Assembly: GCA_964475265.1 (NCBI GenBank)
Contig: CAYYVY010000007.1
Coordinates: 2,985-66,984, forward strand
Direction: 5' to 3'
DNA from: an uncultured Anaerolineaceae bacterium
Lineage (GTDB): Bacteria > Chloroflexota > Anaerolineae > Anaerolineales > E44-bin32
DNA: 64,000 bases
Below are positions 1-9,213 of the stretch, piece after piece. The stretch's first letter is position 1. Each line of letters opens with the position of its first letter. The notes beneath the pieces were generated by a model. It was not told the origin of the DNA, ran no database searches, and saw nothing but the letters and a program-made list of their open reading frames with translations. The position numbers were made by a program, and so were the translations under genes.

Positions 1-63
1 GATTTCACTTTCCGAGGCGTTCTTATTTACACCCAGTACCTTGTAATAGTCTTTGTATTCCAT
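1..63 (-). CDS. J-domain chaperone (DnaJ/CbpA-like). Only the first 21 codons are present; the gene runs off the left edge.
   Basis: The reverse complement of 1..63 reads ATG MEYKDYYKVLGVNKNASESEI, a canonical J-domain N-terminus (DYYxxLGV). It is below the ORF-track length cut-off and was found by hand. Confidence 0.6.
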   Translation of the reverse strand, partial: MEYKDYYKVLGVNKNASESEI

Positions 64-291
64 CTGACGGCTACCTTGCTCGCAGGACGAGTTTGGCCAG
101 GATGCAGTTGGTTCGATCGTCGCGTATCCACTCGATCGCATGCTGCTGCCGATTACTCGTCCCTCTATTCACTTGTCAGCGGCCATGTGTTGAGGGGCAT
201 ATTTATCTTTGATGTCCGCCACAATCATGGTCGACATGCTTATACCCATATTATCCGCATTGTCTTAGATGTACGTTAGATGACACGAAAT

Positions 292-327
292 CAGCCATCC
301 CTCTGCATCGATGCAATGGGATGGCTG
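292..327. repeat. 36-nt imperfect palindrome / hairpin in the 336-bp non-coding gap
   Basis: The sequence is CAGCCATCCC-TC-TGCATCGATGCA-AT-GGGATGGCTG. The outer arms are 10 bp and perfect, and the core is a perfect 12-bp palindrome. It lies about 70 nt downstream of the minus-strand ClbS-like gene. Confidence 0.6.
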
Positions 328-399
328 CATGTAGTTAAGGCCGATGCCGGGCGGCTTGATTCGCAACGGGAGCTAAATGTGCCCGGCCTTCGGGTTGAC

Positions 400-924
400 T
401 TACCCGCCCGAATCGCCAAGCGTTTCTATCGACTTGCGATGTTCGCGGTAATGCTCGTACGTGTTGGCTGCTATCGCCACCAACATCGGTTCACCGGCTC
501 GATCGCCAACCAGACGCTCTCCGATCATGTCTTCGAACGACATTTCGCGTAAATCGTGCCTCACCTGCTCGTGATACGCATGAAACTCGCTGCGGACGTC
601 CGCCAGTGGGCGATCCCGATTGCGCTCGTATAAAATCGCGTTGAAACCGTCTTCTTCCAAAGCTTCGAACGCTTTTAATTCCAATCCGAAAGCCTCGTGG
701 GCGGCTCGATACTGCAAATAGTGCGAACACATGAACCGCTCCCAAGCCGTGATGTGGGCCAGAATGTCTTTCACGGACCAGCCGCCGAATTCCTGGATCT
801 GCATCCGCTCGCTGTCGAACCCGGATATTACATCCGCCAGCAACTTCCACTCGCTATCGATGCGTTCGAACAATTCCGCTTTGGTACACGGCAGGCCATT
901 TTCAACGTGCCTCGCTTCGTTCAT
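400..924 (-). CDS. ClbS/DfsB-family (DUF1706, DinB-like four-helix bundle) protein
   Basis: 174-aa ORF. The N-terminal 'KAELFERIDSEWKLL...GWSVKDILAHITAWE' pattern is typical of the ClbS/DfsB family. Stop codon is TAA. Confidence 0.65.
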   Translation of the reverse strand: MNEARHVENGLPCTKAELFERIDSEWKLLADVISGFDSERMQIQEFGGWSVKDILAHITAWERFMCSHYLQYRAAHEAFGLELKAFEALEEDGFNAILYERNRDRPLADVRSEFHAYHEQVRHDLREMSFEDMIGERLVGDRAGEPMLVAIAANTYEHYREHRKSIETLGDSGG

Positions 925-957
925 GCTACTAAACCTCCAAAATTGAAGTGAATTAAA

Positions 958-1275
958 TTACAACGTGTGTAGATTGACGCGTTCGCAGCTGCAGAAATGA
1001 TCCATCTCGTCTCGTGACTGTTCGACTTCATAGCCCTTATCGGACAATAATGCTTGCTTTCGCGGTGCCATGCGCAGGTTGCGAAAAAAAACCAATGGTG
1101 TGCGCAGGATCGACCGCGCCGCTCGAATGAATCCGACAAGCCCACTCGTGTTGGATGCTTTTCCCAGCTGATTAATCAAGCTTCGTTGTTTTATATACTC
1201 CTGCAGTTCCTTTTGTCGCTCAACCATCAGGTATTCCGTATAAACCCACGGTAGCATCTTGCACCTCCCGCACAT
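958..1275 (-). CDS. Hypothetical protein
   Basis: 105-aa ORF with an ATG start, co-oriented with and 33 nt upstream of the ClbS-like gene. No recognisable motif. Confidence 0.35.
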   Translation of the reverse strand: MCGRCKMLPWVYTEYLMVERQKELQEYIKQRSLINQLGKASNTSGLVGFIRAARSILRTPLVFFRNLRMAPRKQALLSDKGYEVEQSRDEMDHFCSCERVNLHTL

Positions 1276-1284
1276 CTTTCAAAT

Positions 1285-1313
1285 TTGACCCGCCGCTTAT
1301 AACCTGCTATAAT
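1285..1313 (+). promoter_or_regulatory. Sigma70-type promoter for the CGNR gene
   Basis: -35 TTGACC (1285..1290), 17-nt spacer, -10 TATAAT (1308..1313). Confidence 0.55.
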
Positions 1314-1330
1314 GTCTATAGTGGTTATAG
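1297..1330. promoter_or_regulatory. Inverted repeat bracketing the -10 box (candidate operator)
   Basis: TTATAACC (1297..1304), 18-nt gap, GGTTATAG (1323..1330), matching at 7 of 8 positions. A further ATAACC lies at 1346..1351. Confidence 0.3.
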
Positions 1331-1400
1331 ATTAACACAGATCACATAACCTGTCAAGTGCTAATTGGTGGTTACACTTGCAAAGGAGCTGCGACGGGCA

Positions 1401-2021
1401 ATGGCGAGCTTGAATCGAGAGAAAGACTGGGATTTCGACGCCGGATTGTTGCCTCTGGACTTCGCCAACACGGCAGAATGGCATGCCAGAGCCGATCCGA
1501 TCGAACAAATCAAGTCGTATGCAGACCTGGTGAGCTGGTCCTGGAAGGCCGGCTTGCTGACAAAGGAAGCGGCGCAAGGCTTGCTGGATACGGCCGAGCA
1601 TCGACCGCAGGACGCACGTCGAGCACTCGACCGCGCCATTGAACTGCGCGAGGCGCTCTACCGCATCTTCTCGCATCGCGCCGCGGGAACCGAGATTTCG
1701 AAAGAAGACCTGGCCTTGTTCAACGCTGCGCTGGGTGAAGCGCTGCATCGCGTTAAACTCGACACTTCAGGAGCAGGATTCTCCTGGGACTGGTCCAATG
1801 AAGATCAGAATCTGGAAACCATACTGTGGCCCATTCTTTGGGAGAGTGCCGAGTTGCTCACCTCGGACGACCTGAAGCGAGTGGGAGAATGCGCCGACGA
1901 CCGCGGCTGCGGCTATCTTTTCTACGACAGCAGCCGCAACCACAGCCGGCGCTGGTGCAGCATGGAAAGCTGTGGCAATCGAGCGAAAGTCCAAAGACAC
2001 TACCAGCGTTCGAAAGCATAG
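1401..2021 (+). CDS. CGNR zinc-finger (ABATE-domain) putative regulator
   Basis: The C-terminus 'RWCSMESCGNRAKVQRHYQR' is the CGNR zinc-finger signature. I chose the ATG at 1401, which follows an AAAGGAG ribosome-binding site; the ORF track starts at the TTG at 1365. Stop codon is TAG. Confidence 0.85.
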   Translation: MASLNREKDWDFDAGLLPLDFANTAEWHARADPIEQIKSYADLVSWSWKAGLLTKEAAQGLLDTAEHRPQDARRALDRAIELREALYRIFSHRAAGTEISKEDLALFNAALGEALHRVKLDTSGAGFSWDWSNEDQNLETILWPILWESAELLTSDDLKRVGECADDRGCGYLFYDSSRNHSRRWCSMESCGNRAKVQRHYQRSKA

Positions 2022-2073
2022 GATCAATCCAGCGACGGGGGACAATCGTTTCGAGTTAGAATCAGCCACGACC

Positions 2074-2113
2074 GTGACAGACAGTTCGATATCGGATATA
2101 CTCACTCAGTGAG
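2074..2113 (+). promoter_or_regulatory. Candidate promoter plus palindrome in front of padR
   Basis: -35 GTGACA (2074..2079), 17-nt spacer, -10 TATACT (2097..2102). The palindrome CTCACT-C-AGTGAG (2101..2113) overlaps the predicted transcription start. The ATG follows at 2119. Confidence 0.4.
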
Positions 2114-2118
2114 TATTC

Positions 2119-2688
2119 ATGCCAAGAACGCACACGATCACGCAATCGCTGTCACCGGAGTACGTCGTGCTGGGCTTGCTGAAGCTTGAACCCAGCCACG
2201 GCTACGCGTTGCATCAACGCATTGAATCGGATTTGAGTCACGTGTGGCGAATTAGTCTCAGCCAGGTGTACAACGTCCTGCACAGGCTGGAAAACTTGGG
2301 GTTCATCCAACCAACGAAGAGCCCACCCGCGGAGGCACAAACGGATCGAGTACGCTACCGCATCACAGCGGCGGGCGAGCGGCATTTCGCATCCTGGATG
2401 CAAACACCCGTCGGACCCAGCGTGCGGGCGATCCGCATGGCCTTCATCGCCAAGCTGTACTTCGCCCATCATCTCGGACAACCCGCATTCGCAGAATTGA
2501 TCGAGAGCCAGCGCTCGGCGATCGAAACCCAACTCGAACGACTTGATGCGCAATTCACCTCAATCCCCAGAGCACAAATCATCAATCGCATGGGGCTGCA
2601 ACTGCGCATCAAGCAGCTGGAATCGCTGCAGACCTGGTTCGAAGAAACGATCACCGACATCCCTTTTACACCGGAGAGAGAAACATGA
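2119..2688 (+). CDS. PadR-family transcriptional regulator
   Basis: The winged-helix pattern 'YVVLGLLKLEPSHGYALHQRI...LSQVYNVLHRLENLGFI' is present. Its stop overlaps the start of the next gene (ATGA). Confidence 0.85.
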   Translation: MPRTHTITQSLSPEYVVLGLLKLEPSHGYALHQRIESDLSHVWRISLSQVYNVLHRLENLGFIQPTKSPPAEAQTDRVRYRITAAGERHFASWMQTPVGPSVRAIRMAFIAKLYFAHHLGQPAFAELIESQRSAIETQLERLDAQFTSIPRAQIINRMGLQLRIKQLESLQTWFEETITDIPFTPERET

Positions 2689-3839
2689 ATCGCCATCACA
2701 TCGTTGCCGGCTTAATCATTCTACTCGCGCTGGCCTTGGCTTCCTGCCAAAGCGAGGCAAGTCCGACATCCCCACCCCCGACTCCAACACAGGCGGAGGT
2801 GCAGCCAGAACCCGAATCGGCATCGGACGTGCAGGAAATCGAACCGATAACCGTAGTAGACGCCCTCGGCCGGGAGGTGACGTTCACCTCTCCACCCGAG
2901 CGCATCGTCGTCGCCGGACGAGCCACCACGCTGGTGGTCAACGCCGTCTATCTGTTTCCCGAAGCACAGGAACGGCTGGTGTCGTTCGAAAGCCGCAGCC
3001 AACGAGGTCTTGATTTCTATCCCATCATACAACCTCGGTTCGAGGAACTCGACCTGCTCGAGCGCAACGCAGGACCGGAGCAGATCGCTCCCCTCCGGCC
3101 GGATCTGGTCCTGCTGAAGAGTTTCATGACGGACAGCCTGGGCGCGGCGTTAGAAGAAATCGATATTCCCGTAATTTATGTGGATTTGGAGACACCCGAG
3201 CAATTCGAACGCGATATCAACATTATCGGAAGCGCGCTGGGAGACACAGATCGAGCACAAGAAATCAACGATTTTTACAACGCTCAACTTGAAAGGATCG
3301 ATACAAAACTCGAGAACATCCCGGAAGCAGATCGGCCTGAAGTCTTGCTCATGCAGTACAGCGACGAAGAAGGCGAAATCGCCTTTGAAGTGCCTTCCGT
3401 TGACTGGCTACAGACTGAACTCGTCACGCTTGCCGGCGGCATCCCGGTCTGGTCCGACGCAGCAGAAGCCGGTGGCTGGACGGTCGTTGGGTTCGAACAA
3501 ATCGCGGTCTGGAATCCCGAGAAGATCTTCGTCATTAATTACGCCGAGGATTCGGCTGCGGCCGTCGAAAGTCTGAAGCAGAATCCCAATTGGATGGCGT
3601 TGGACGCTGTCCAGCAAGGAGAGATCTACGGCTTCCCGGGTGATTTCTGGAGCTGGGATCAGCCCGATCCACGCTGGATCTTGGGATTGACCTGGATAAC
3701 CACGAAAATGTATCCCGAACTCACGACAGACATCGATGTCCGTCAGGAAGTCATGGATTTCTACACGCAGATGTACGGCCTGGCGCCCGAAGTTATAGAA
3801 GCGGAGATCTTGCCCTTGATCCAATCCGGACTCGACTGA
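2685..3839 (+). CDS. ABC-transporter substrate-binding lipoprotein (BtuF/FecB periplasmic-binding family)
   Basis: Signal peptide with lipobox LALASC. 'PDLVLL..F' and 'PEKIFVINY' type motifs are present. It sits in an operon with a FecCD permease and an ATPase. Confidence 0.8.
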   Translation: MNRHHIVAGLIILLALALASCQSEASPTSPPPTPTQAEVQPEPESASDVQEIEPITVVDALGREVTFTSPPERIVVAGRATTLVVNAVYLFPEAQERLVSFESRSQRGLDFYPIIQPRFEELDLLERNAGPEQIAPLRPDLVLLKSFMTDSLGAALEEIDIPVIYVDLETPEQFERDINIIGSALGDTDRAQEINDFYNAQLERIDTKLENIPEADRPEVLLMQYSDEEGEIAFEVPSVDWLQTELVTLAGGIPVWSDAAEAGGWTVVGFEQIAVWNPEKIFVINYAEDSAAAVESLKQNPNWMALDAVQQGEIYGFPGDFWSWDQPDPRWILGLTWITTKMYPELTTDIDVRQEVMDFYTQMYGLAPEVIEAEILPLIQSGLD

Positions 3840-3857
3840 GTGCATCGGGGGTATATT

Positions 3858-4850
3858 ATGCGCCTCGATCGACGCAGGCTGCTGTTTACCACCCTCGGCG
3901 TGACGCTGCTTGCCACTTTCCTCCTATCGGCTTTCGTCGGGCGTTATCCGCGACCGTTCTGGATGCCTATGCGGCTGTTCGGTGAAGATGAGTTGGCGCG
4001 CCAACTCGTGCTCTCCCTGCGTCTCCCCCGCTTGTGTTTGGGTCTGCTGCTCGGAATCACGCTTTCGGCGACGGGCGCGGTGATGCAGATGATCTTCCGC
4101 AATCCCCTGGTCGAACCCGGTTTCCTCGGCGTGTCCCAGGGAGCCACCTTCGGTGCAGCCCTCAGCATCCTCTGGATCGGATCGTCCTGGAGCATGCACG
4201 GCATGGCCATCCTTTTTGCCATGGCAGGTCTCTTCGCTTCGTACATCCTCGCCCAACGCATGCGCTTCGGCGGCTGGGTGCTGCGGCTGGTGCTGGCGGG
4301 CATCGTCGTCTCGGCCTTGTTTTCCGCCGGAACGGGAATCTTGAAAACCATGGCCGATCCCCTGACCCAACTGCCCGAGATCACGTTCTGGCTTTTGGGC
4401 GGTTTGTGGTCGGTGACCTGGCAGGACGTGCTTCACGTCCTGCCGTTCGCCCTTCCGGGGCTGACATTGGTGTACTTACTGCGCTGGCGCTTGAATCTGC
4501 TTTCCCTCGACGATGAGACGGCCTGGTCGCTGGGCGCAGCCCCGGCGCGCGAACGCAGCCTGCTGCTTTTCGGCGGGGTCGCCGCCACGGCTTCGCTGAC
4601 TTCCGTGGCAGGAATCGTGGGCTGGGTAGGGCTCATCATTCCCCATCTCTCCCGGCGTCTGTTTGGCGCCGACTCGCGCTACAATCTGCCGGGCGCCATG
4701 CTGCTCGGGGGAATCTTTACCATTTTGTGCGACGATATCGCCCGCAGCTTAATGGCGGGAGAAATCCCCTTAGGCATCCTGACTTCGTTACTCGGCGGAA
4801 CGACTTTCATCGCCCTGATGGTCACGATAAAACGGAAACAACGCCCATGA
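3858..4850 (+). CDS. FecCD/BtuC-family ABC permease
   Basis: Multi-TM protein. Typical FecCD features are present (e.g. 'RNPLVEPGFLGVSQGA', 'GIVGWVGLIIPHLSRRL', C-terminal 'PLGILTSLLGGTTFIAL'). I chose the ATG at 3858; a GTG at 3840 is also possible. Confidence 0.9.
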   Translation: MRLDRRRLLFTTLGVTLLATFLLSAFVGRYPRPFWMPMRLFGEDELARQLVLSLRLPRLCLGLLLGITLSATGAVMQMIFRNPLVEPGFLGVSQGATFGAALSILWIGSSWSMHGMAILFAMAGLFASYILAQRMRFGGWVLRLVLAGIVVSALFSAGTGILKTMADPLTQLPEITFWLLGGLWSVTWQDVLHVLPFALPGLTLVYLLRWRLNLLSLDDETAWSLGAAPARERSLLLFGGVAATASLTSVAGIVGWVGLIIPHLSRRLFGADSRYNLPGAMLLGGIFTILCDDIARSLMAGEIPLGILTSLLGGTTFIALMVTIKRKQRP

Positions 4851-5638
4851 ACGACACCACGCTGCTGCAGATCGAAGACCTTCATTTCCGTTACGACTCC
4901 AACCAGGCCTGGATCTTCGAGCATTTATCCGCAGCGATCCCCGGGGGAGAGATTACGGCCATCCTCGGCCCCAACGGCGTGGGAAAAACCACGCTGCTGC
5001 ACATTCTCATCGGACTGCTGCCCGTTCAAACCGGCTCGGTCCGGCTTGTGGGTCGATCGCTGGATTCCTACACGCGCGGGGAAATGAGCCGCCTCGTCGG
5101 ACTCGTGCCGCAGTTGGAACGCATCCCCTTCCCCTTCACCGTCAGCGAATACGTCGCCATGGGCCGGGCACCGCACATCAGCCTGCTGGGGACGCCCACG
5201 CAGGAAGACCAATACCGTGTCGATCAGGTGCTCGGTTTGCTCAATCTGCAAACGTTAAGGCAGCGTTCGGTGCAAGAACTCAGCGGGGGAGAATCGCAGT
5301 TGGTGCGTGTTGCCCGCGCCATGGTCCAGGAACCCCAAATCCTGTTGCTGGACGAACCCACCGCCCACCTGGACCTGGGCAACAAGTACCGTGTGCTCGA
5401 GGTGCTGCGATCCCTGCTCGACGACCGCACCACCGTGATTTTCACCACCCACGACCCCGATGCGGCTTTCGCCATCGCCGGGCAAGCGCTGCTAATGCAC
5501 AGATCCGCTGCGCTGGCATTCGGCCCCGTGGAAAAAGTGCTCGACGGGAAAAATCTCTCACGCGCCTACGGACTGCCCATCGAGGTGCGCCGGGTAGATG
5601 GCCGCTTTATCGTCATGCGAAAGGATCAGGATTCTTGA
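4847..5638 (+). CDS. ABC-transporter ATP-binding protein (FecE/BtuD type)
   Basis: Walker A GPNGVGKTT, signature LSGGESQ and Walker B ILLLDEPT are all present. The ATG overlaps the permease stop (ATGA at 4847..4850). Confidence 0.9.
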   Translation: MNDTTLLQIEDLHFRYDSNQAWIFEHLSAAIPGGEITAILGPNGVGKTTLLHILIGLLPVQTGSVRLVGRSLDSYTRGEMSRLVGLVPQLERIPFPFTVSEYVAMGRAPHISLLGTPTQEDQYRVDQVLGLLNLQTLRQRSVQELSGGESQLVRVARAMVQEPQILLLDEPTAHLDLGNKYRVLEVLRSLLDDRTTVIFTTHDPDAAFAIAGQALLMHRSAALAFGPVEKVLDGKNLSRAYGLPIEVRRVDGRFIVMRKDQDS

Positions 5639-6195
5639 AACGCCGCGGCGATATCTCCATCGTCAGCGGAAGCGTGGGTTCGGGTAAAACCACGTTCTGC
5701 AATAGCGTGATCGAGGCGATCAAAGACACGGCGCAAGGAACATGGACCATAACGGGCATCCTCGCCCCGGCCGTGCTCGCAGAGGATACGAAGATCGGCA
5801 TCGATGCACTCGATCTCACCTCGGGCGAGCGGCGGCGATTGGCGCAGCGGCTGACGGACTCGTCTGCAGGTATCCGCACGCAGCGGTGGTCAATGGATCG
5901 AGGTACGATCGATTGGTGCAATCAAGTCCTGCGCAAGTCTACACCATGTGATTTGCTCGTCGTGGACGAACTCGGCCCGCTGGAATTCGAGCGGGACGAA
6001 GGTTTTCGGGAGGGTCTGACTGCCCTGGATTCGGGTCAATATCGAGCCGCGCTGGTCGTCGTCAGAACGGAATTGCTGCATTTTGCTGAGGAGCGCTGGC
6101 CGGAGGCCGTAGTTCATACGATCCGGAATCGCGAACATGCCGCAGTAAGTGCCGCTGAGTTATCAAAGAAAGTCTTTCTAGCCGGAAAAGGCTAG
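5635..6195 (+). CDS. P-loop NTPase (THEP1/DUF2478-like)
   Basis: Walker A GSVGSGKT lies near the N-terminus, and there is a Walker-B-like 'DLLVVDELGPLEFE'. The TTG start overlaps the ATPase stop. Stop codon is TAG. Confidence 0.55.
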   Translation: MKRRGDISIVSGSVGSGKTTFCNSVIEAIKDTAQGTWTITGILAPAVLAEDTKIGIDALDLTSGERRRLAQRLTDSSAGIRTQRWSMDRGTIDWCNQVLRKSTPCDLLVVDELGPLEFERDEGFREGLTALDSGQYRAALVVVRTELLHFAEERWPEAVVHTIRNREHAAVSAAELSKKVFLAGKG

Positions 6196-6254
6196 ATTCC
6201 TCGGAACATCTACATTCACGGTTCAGCCGTCATTGTCTTCAAACGCAATTCTGC

Positions 6255-7187
6255 TTAATCGATCATTTCGTAGTGATTGAGGACTCGCAGCGCCCGCAGC
6301 GTGTTCCAGCGGCTGGGCTGACCGGGCTTTTCCATCTCGAAGTGCAGCGCCCCGGGATAGTTCGCCTGCAGCGGCCAGCGGCCGTCGGCACGGCGTTTTT
6401 TCAGCAGCACCTCACAAGCCGGGCGCATGCGCTCGTCCCAGGGCACACCGGCGTCCTGGAAATAATCGAGGGCGCGCAGGATATCATAGTGCCAGCGACC
6501 CGGGAAACTGAGGCGCAGGAAATCCTTGTGTATGATCTCACCCGTATGATCGGATTTATAGAGCTGATGCATGAGAATGAATTCCGGCGACGTATCGGCC
6601 GCGGCTTCTAACTCGTCAAGCCGGTAGGAATATCCCTGGCGGGCATATTCCTGGATGCCTTCCAGTACGCAGATCGTCGAGTGCAGCGAGCTGTGTCTCG
6701 CTCCCCAGCGAGTCCTTTCGCAGTTGAAACCACCATCTTCCATACGTTCATTGATGACGTAATCGACGATGGATCTCAGCCCATCCTCATCCGTGCCAAA
6801 ATAACAGGCATAGTTGAGGAACATGCCGTTGACACACACGTCGCTCGCTTCGATCGTCTTGGCCGGATTAATCCCGCCGTCCGCGGATTTGCGCCTCTCG
6901 AGGATGATGTCGATGCTGCGCCGTATCAGTTCGTTGTCCGGGGAGATTTGCAGCGTTTTCAGATCGAGAAGCGTGTAGTGCGAGCTCGTCCATTTCGGTT
7001 GGTAGAAACCACGTCCCCAATAGCCATCCGGGTTCCTTTCCTTCATGAATGCCGCCCCCCAACCCTGGTGAGCGATGCGCGCCTGGATATCCGGGCACCG
7101 TTCGCCCATGAGATCCCGATAGACCTGATATTGAATCGATACGTCCCCTTCCAACAGCCAGGCTATCATTTTCACATTCATGTTCAC
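6255..7187 (-). CDS. Prenyltransferase/terpenoid-cyclase-like alpha/alpha-toroid repeat protein (tentative)
   Basis: 310-aa ORF with recurring 'DGGxW / DGxW' repeat motifs (NPDGYWG, SADGGIN, EDGGFN, RADGRWP). Confidence 0.45.
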   Translation of the reverse strand: MNMNVKMIAWLLEGDVSIQYQVYRDLMGERCPDIQARIAHQGWGAAFMKERNPDGYWGRGFYQPKWTSSHYTLLDLKTLQISPDNELIRRSIDIILERRKSADGGINPAKTIEASDVCVNGMFLNYACYFGTDEDGLRSIVDYVINERMEDGGFNCERTRWGARHSSLHSTICVLEGIQEYARQGYSYRLDELEAAADTSPEFILMHQLYKSDHTGEIIHKDFLRLSFPGRWHYDILRALDYFQDAGVPWDERMRPACEVLLKKRRADGRWPLQANYPGALHFEMEKPGQPSRWNTLRALRVLNHYEMID

Positions 7188-7580
7188 ACTCCAGTTGGCG
7201 GCTCATGAGCTCAACGATTCGTAGTTCCTTCGCTGCCACAGTAAGGTTGTAGCGCTAGCCGATGAAGACATGATCGGCACTGATGTGGAACCACCGCCCC
7301 ATTTGACGTGGGCCAGCCCTTTACGTTTGTCAGCCAAATTTCATCCCGGATCAAATGTATATTTTAAATCAGAATCGTCGTTTCTTTGGAACTTTCCGTT
7401 TTTAGCTGATAAAATGGAGGGTGAATATTTTCGCCTGGTGATGTTCTCTCCCTTGTTTCGAAAGGCGGGCTGCAATGAGAGAAGGGAACCTCGCTCAACG
7501 AACCGCAAGGATATTTTCGATAAATCAAGACAATTGGATCACCACTATCCGATCATATTTACCATATATGGAGTAAATTG

Positions 7581-8342
7581 ATGAAAATAGTAACCTTATT
7601 TCCGATCGTCACACTGCTGGCGACCGTACTCACCCTGACGGTGAACGGATTGGCCAACGCCCTGCCGATCAACGGGCAGACGACGGGCGAGATTTCAGAT
7701 CGCTTCGCAATTTACTTCGTTCCGGCCGGATACGTATTCTCTATTTGGGGGCTGATCTATCTCGGCCTGATTGCCTTTGCCATCTACCAGATCCTGCCTG
7801 CCCAGCGAGATAACGCTCTGTTGAAAGAAATCGCACCAGTATACTGGCTGGGAAGCCTTGTTAATTCCGCCTGGATTCTCCTGTGGCACTACGAGTATTT
7901 CCCGCTCACACTGGTCGCCATGCTCGTTCTGCTGGCGTCTCTCCTGTTCATCTACGTTCGAATTTCAAAAGCCCGACCGAATCTCGGTCGAGAACAAAAA
8001 TGGTTCCTGCAGCTGCCCTTCAGCATCTATCTGGGTTGGATATCCGTTGCCACGATCGCCAACGTCTCCCAGGTGCTTTTCTCTGCAGGCTGGAATGCCT
8101 GGGGGATTTCAGCGACCGCCTGGACGGCGATCATGATCGCCGTGGCAACATTTCTCGGATTGATGATGCAGTGGCGCGAAAACGATTCTGCTTATGTGCT
8201 CGTTCTGATATGGGCCTTTGTCGGCATCGCCATCAAACACGCCGAGGTGGCAACTTCAGCCTGGGCGTCCGTAACCATCTTGGCGATTGCCGTCCTCTAT
8301 GGGACCTTCCGCAAACGGAAGTTGAATCTGTCGGAGACGTAA
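7581..8342 (+). CDS. TspO/MBR-related tryptophan-rich membrane protein (tentative)
   Basis: Multi-TM, Trp-rich protein (e.g. 'YVFSIWGLIYLGL', 'NSAWILLWHYEYF'). The ATG follows a GGAG ribosome-binding site. Confidence 0.5.
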   Translation: MKIVTLFPIVTLLATVLTLTVNGLANALPINGQTTGEISDRFAIYFVPAGYVFSIWGLIYLGLIAFAIYQILPAQRDNALLKEIAPVYWLGSLVNSAWILLWHYEYFPLTLVAMLVLLASLLFIYVRISKARPNLGREQKWFLQLPFSIYLGWISVATIANVSQVLFSAGWNAWGISATAWTAIMIAVATFLGLMMQWRENDSAYVLVLIWAFVGIAIKHAEVATSAWASVTILAIAVLYGTFRKRKLNLSET

Positions 8343-8343
8343 A

Positions 8344-9213
8344 ATGAGCGTCAAGATCGTCGCCGATTCGACCTGCGACCTGCCACAGAGCATCATCCAG
8401 GAATTCGACATCAGCGTCGTTCCGTTGTATATCAACATCGGTGATCAAGGATATCTGGATGGAGTCGACATCACGCGCAAGGACTTCTACATTAAGTTGC
8501 CGCATTACGACGTCCATCCCACAACGGCCACACCGGGCATCGAAAGCTTCACCCAAGCCTATCAGCGACTTGCCGATTCGGGCGCTTCGGAAATCCTTTC
8601 CATCCACATTTCCGAAAGCTTGAGTGCCACGGTCGAAGTCGCCCGCAAAGCCGCACAACGATTCAGGGCAGTGCCGGTCAGGGTTCACGATTCCCTGCAG
8701 CTGAGTCTGGGCACGGGCTTTCAGGTGGAGTTAGCCGGACACATGGCAGCCAACGGTAAGTCGACCGACGAAATCTTGGCTGCCCTAGCACAGATCGCCC
8801 CCCGCAGTTTTGTTGCCGCAAGATTGGATACGCTTGATTTCCTGCGCCGCAGCGGCCGCATGAACCGTTTCATGAGCGGGCTGGGCAGCCTTCTGCAGCT
8901 GAAACCGATTCTCACCATGAAATTGGGACAACCCGGCTCGGAACGCGTGCGCACGAAGGAGAGAGCCGAAGCCCGCTTGATTCAAATGCTGGATGCGTAT
9001 CAACCGATCGAGCGCTTTGCTTTGCTGCACACCAATGCACCACAAGGGGCACAAGAGCTGCTCGCTAAAATCGCCCACTCAATACCACAGGGTGAAGTGA
9101 TGTCTATGGACATTACGCCCGTCATCGGCGCCCACATCGGGCCGGGCGCGGTAGGTTTTGCTATCATCTCGAAGTCGCCAATTTTGGATCGAGAAAGGAA
9201 GGCTTTATCATGA
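8344..9213 (+). CDS. DegV-family fatty-acid-binding protein
   Basis: The N-terminus 'VKIVADSTCDLPQSIIQEFDISVVPLYI' is typical of DegV. Confidence 0.9.
   Translation: MSVKIVADSTCDLPQSIIQEFDISVVPLYINIGDQGYLDGVDITRKDFYIKLPHYDVHPTTATPGIESFTQAYQRLADSGASEILSIHISESLSATVEVARKAAQRFRAVPVRVHDSLQLSLGTGFQVELAGHMAANGKSTDEILAALAQIAPRSFVAARLDTLDFLRRSGRMNRFMSGLGSLLQLKPILTMKLGQPGSERVRTKERAEARLIQMLDAYQPIERFALLHTNAPQGAQELLAKIAHSIPQGEVMSMDITPVIGAHIGPGAVGFAIISKSPILDRERKALS

Noticed and set aside
7354-7369. dif-like XerC/D site (AATGTATATTTTAAAT)
   Set aside because: Only the central TGTATA and a few flanking bases match the dif consensus. Both recombinase-binding arms are poor matches, and the site is not at the strand-switch point.
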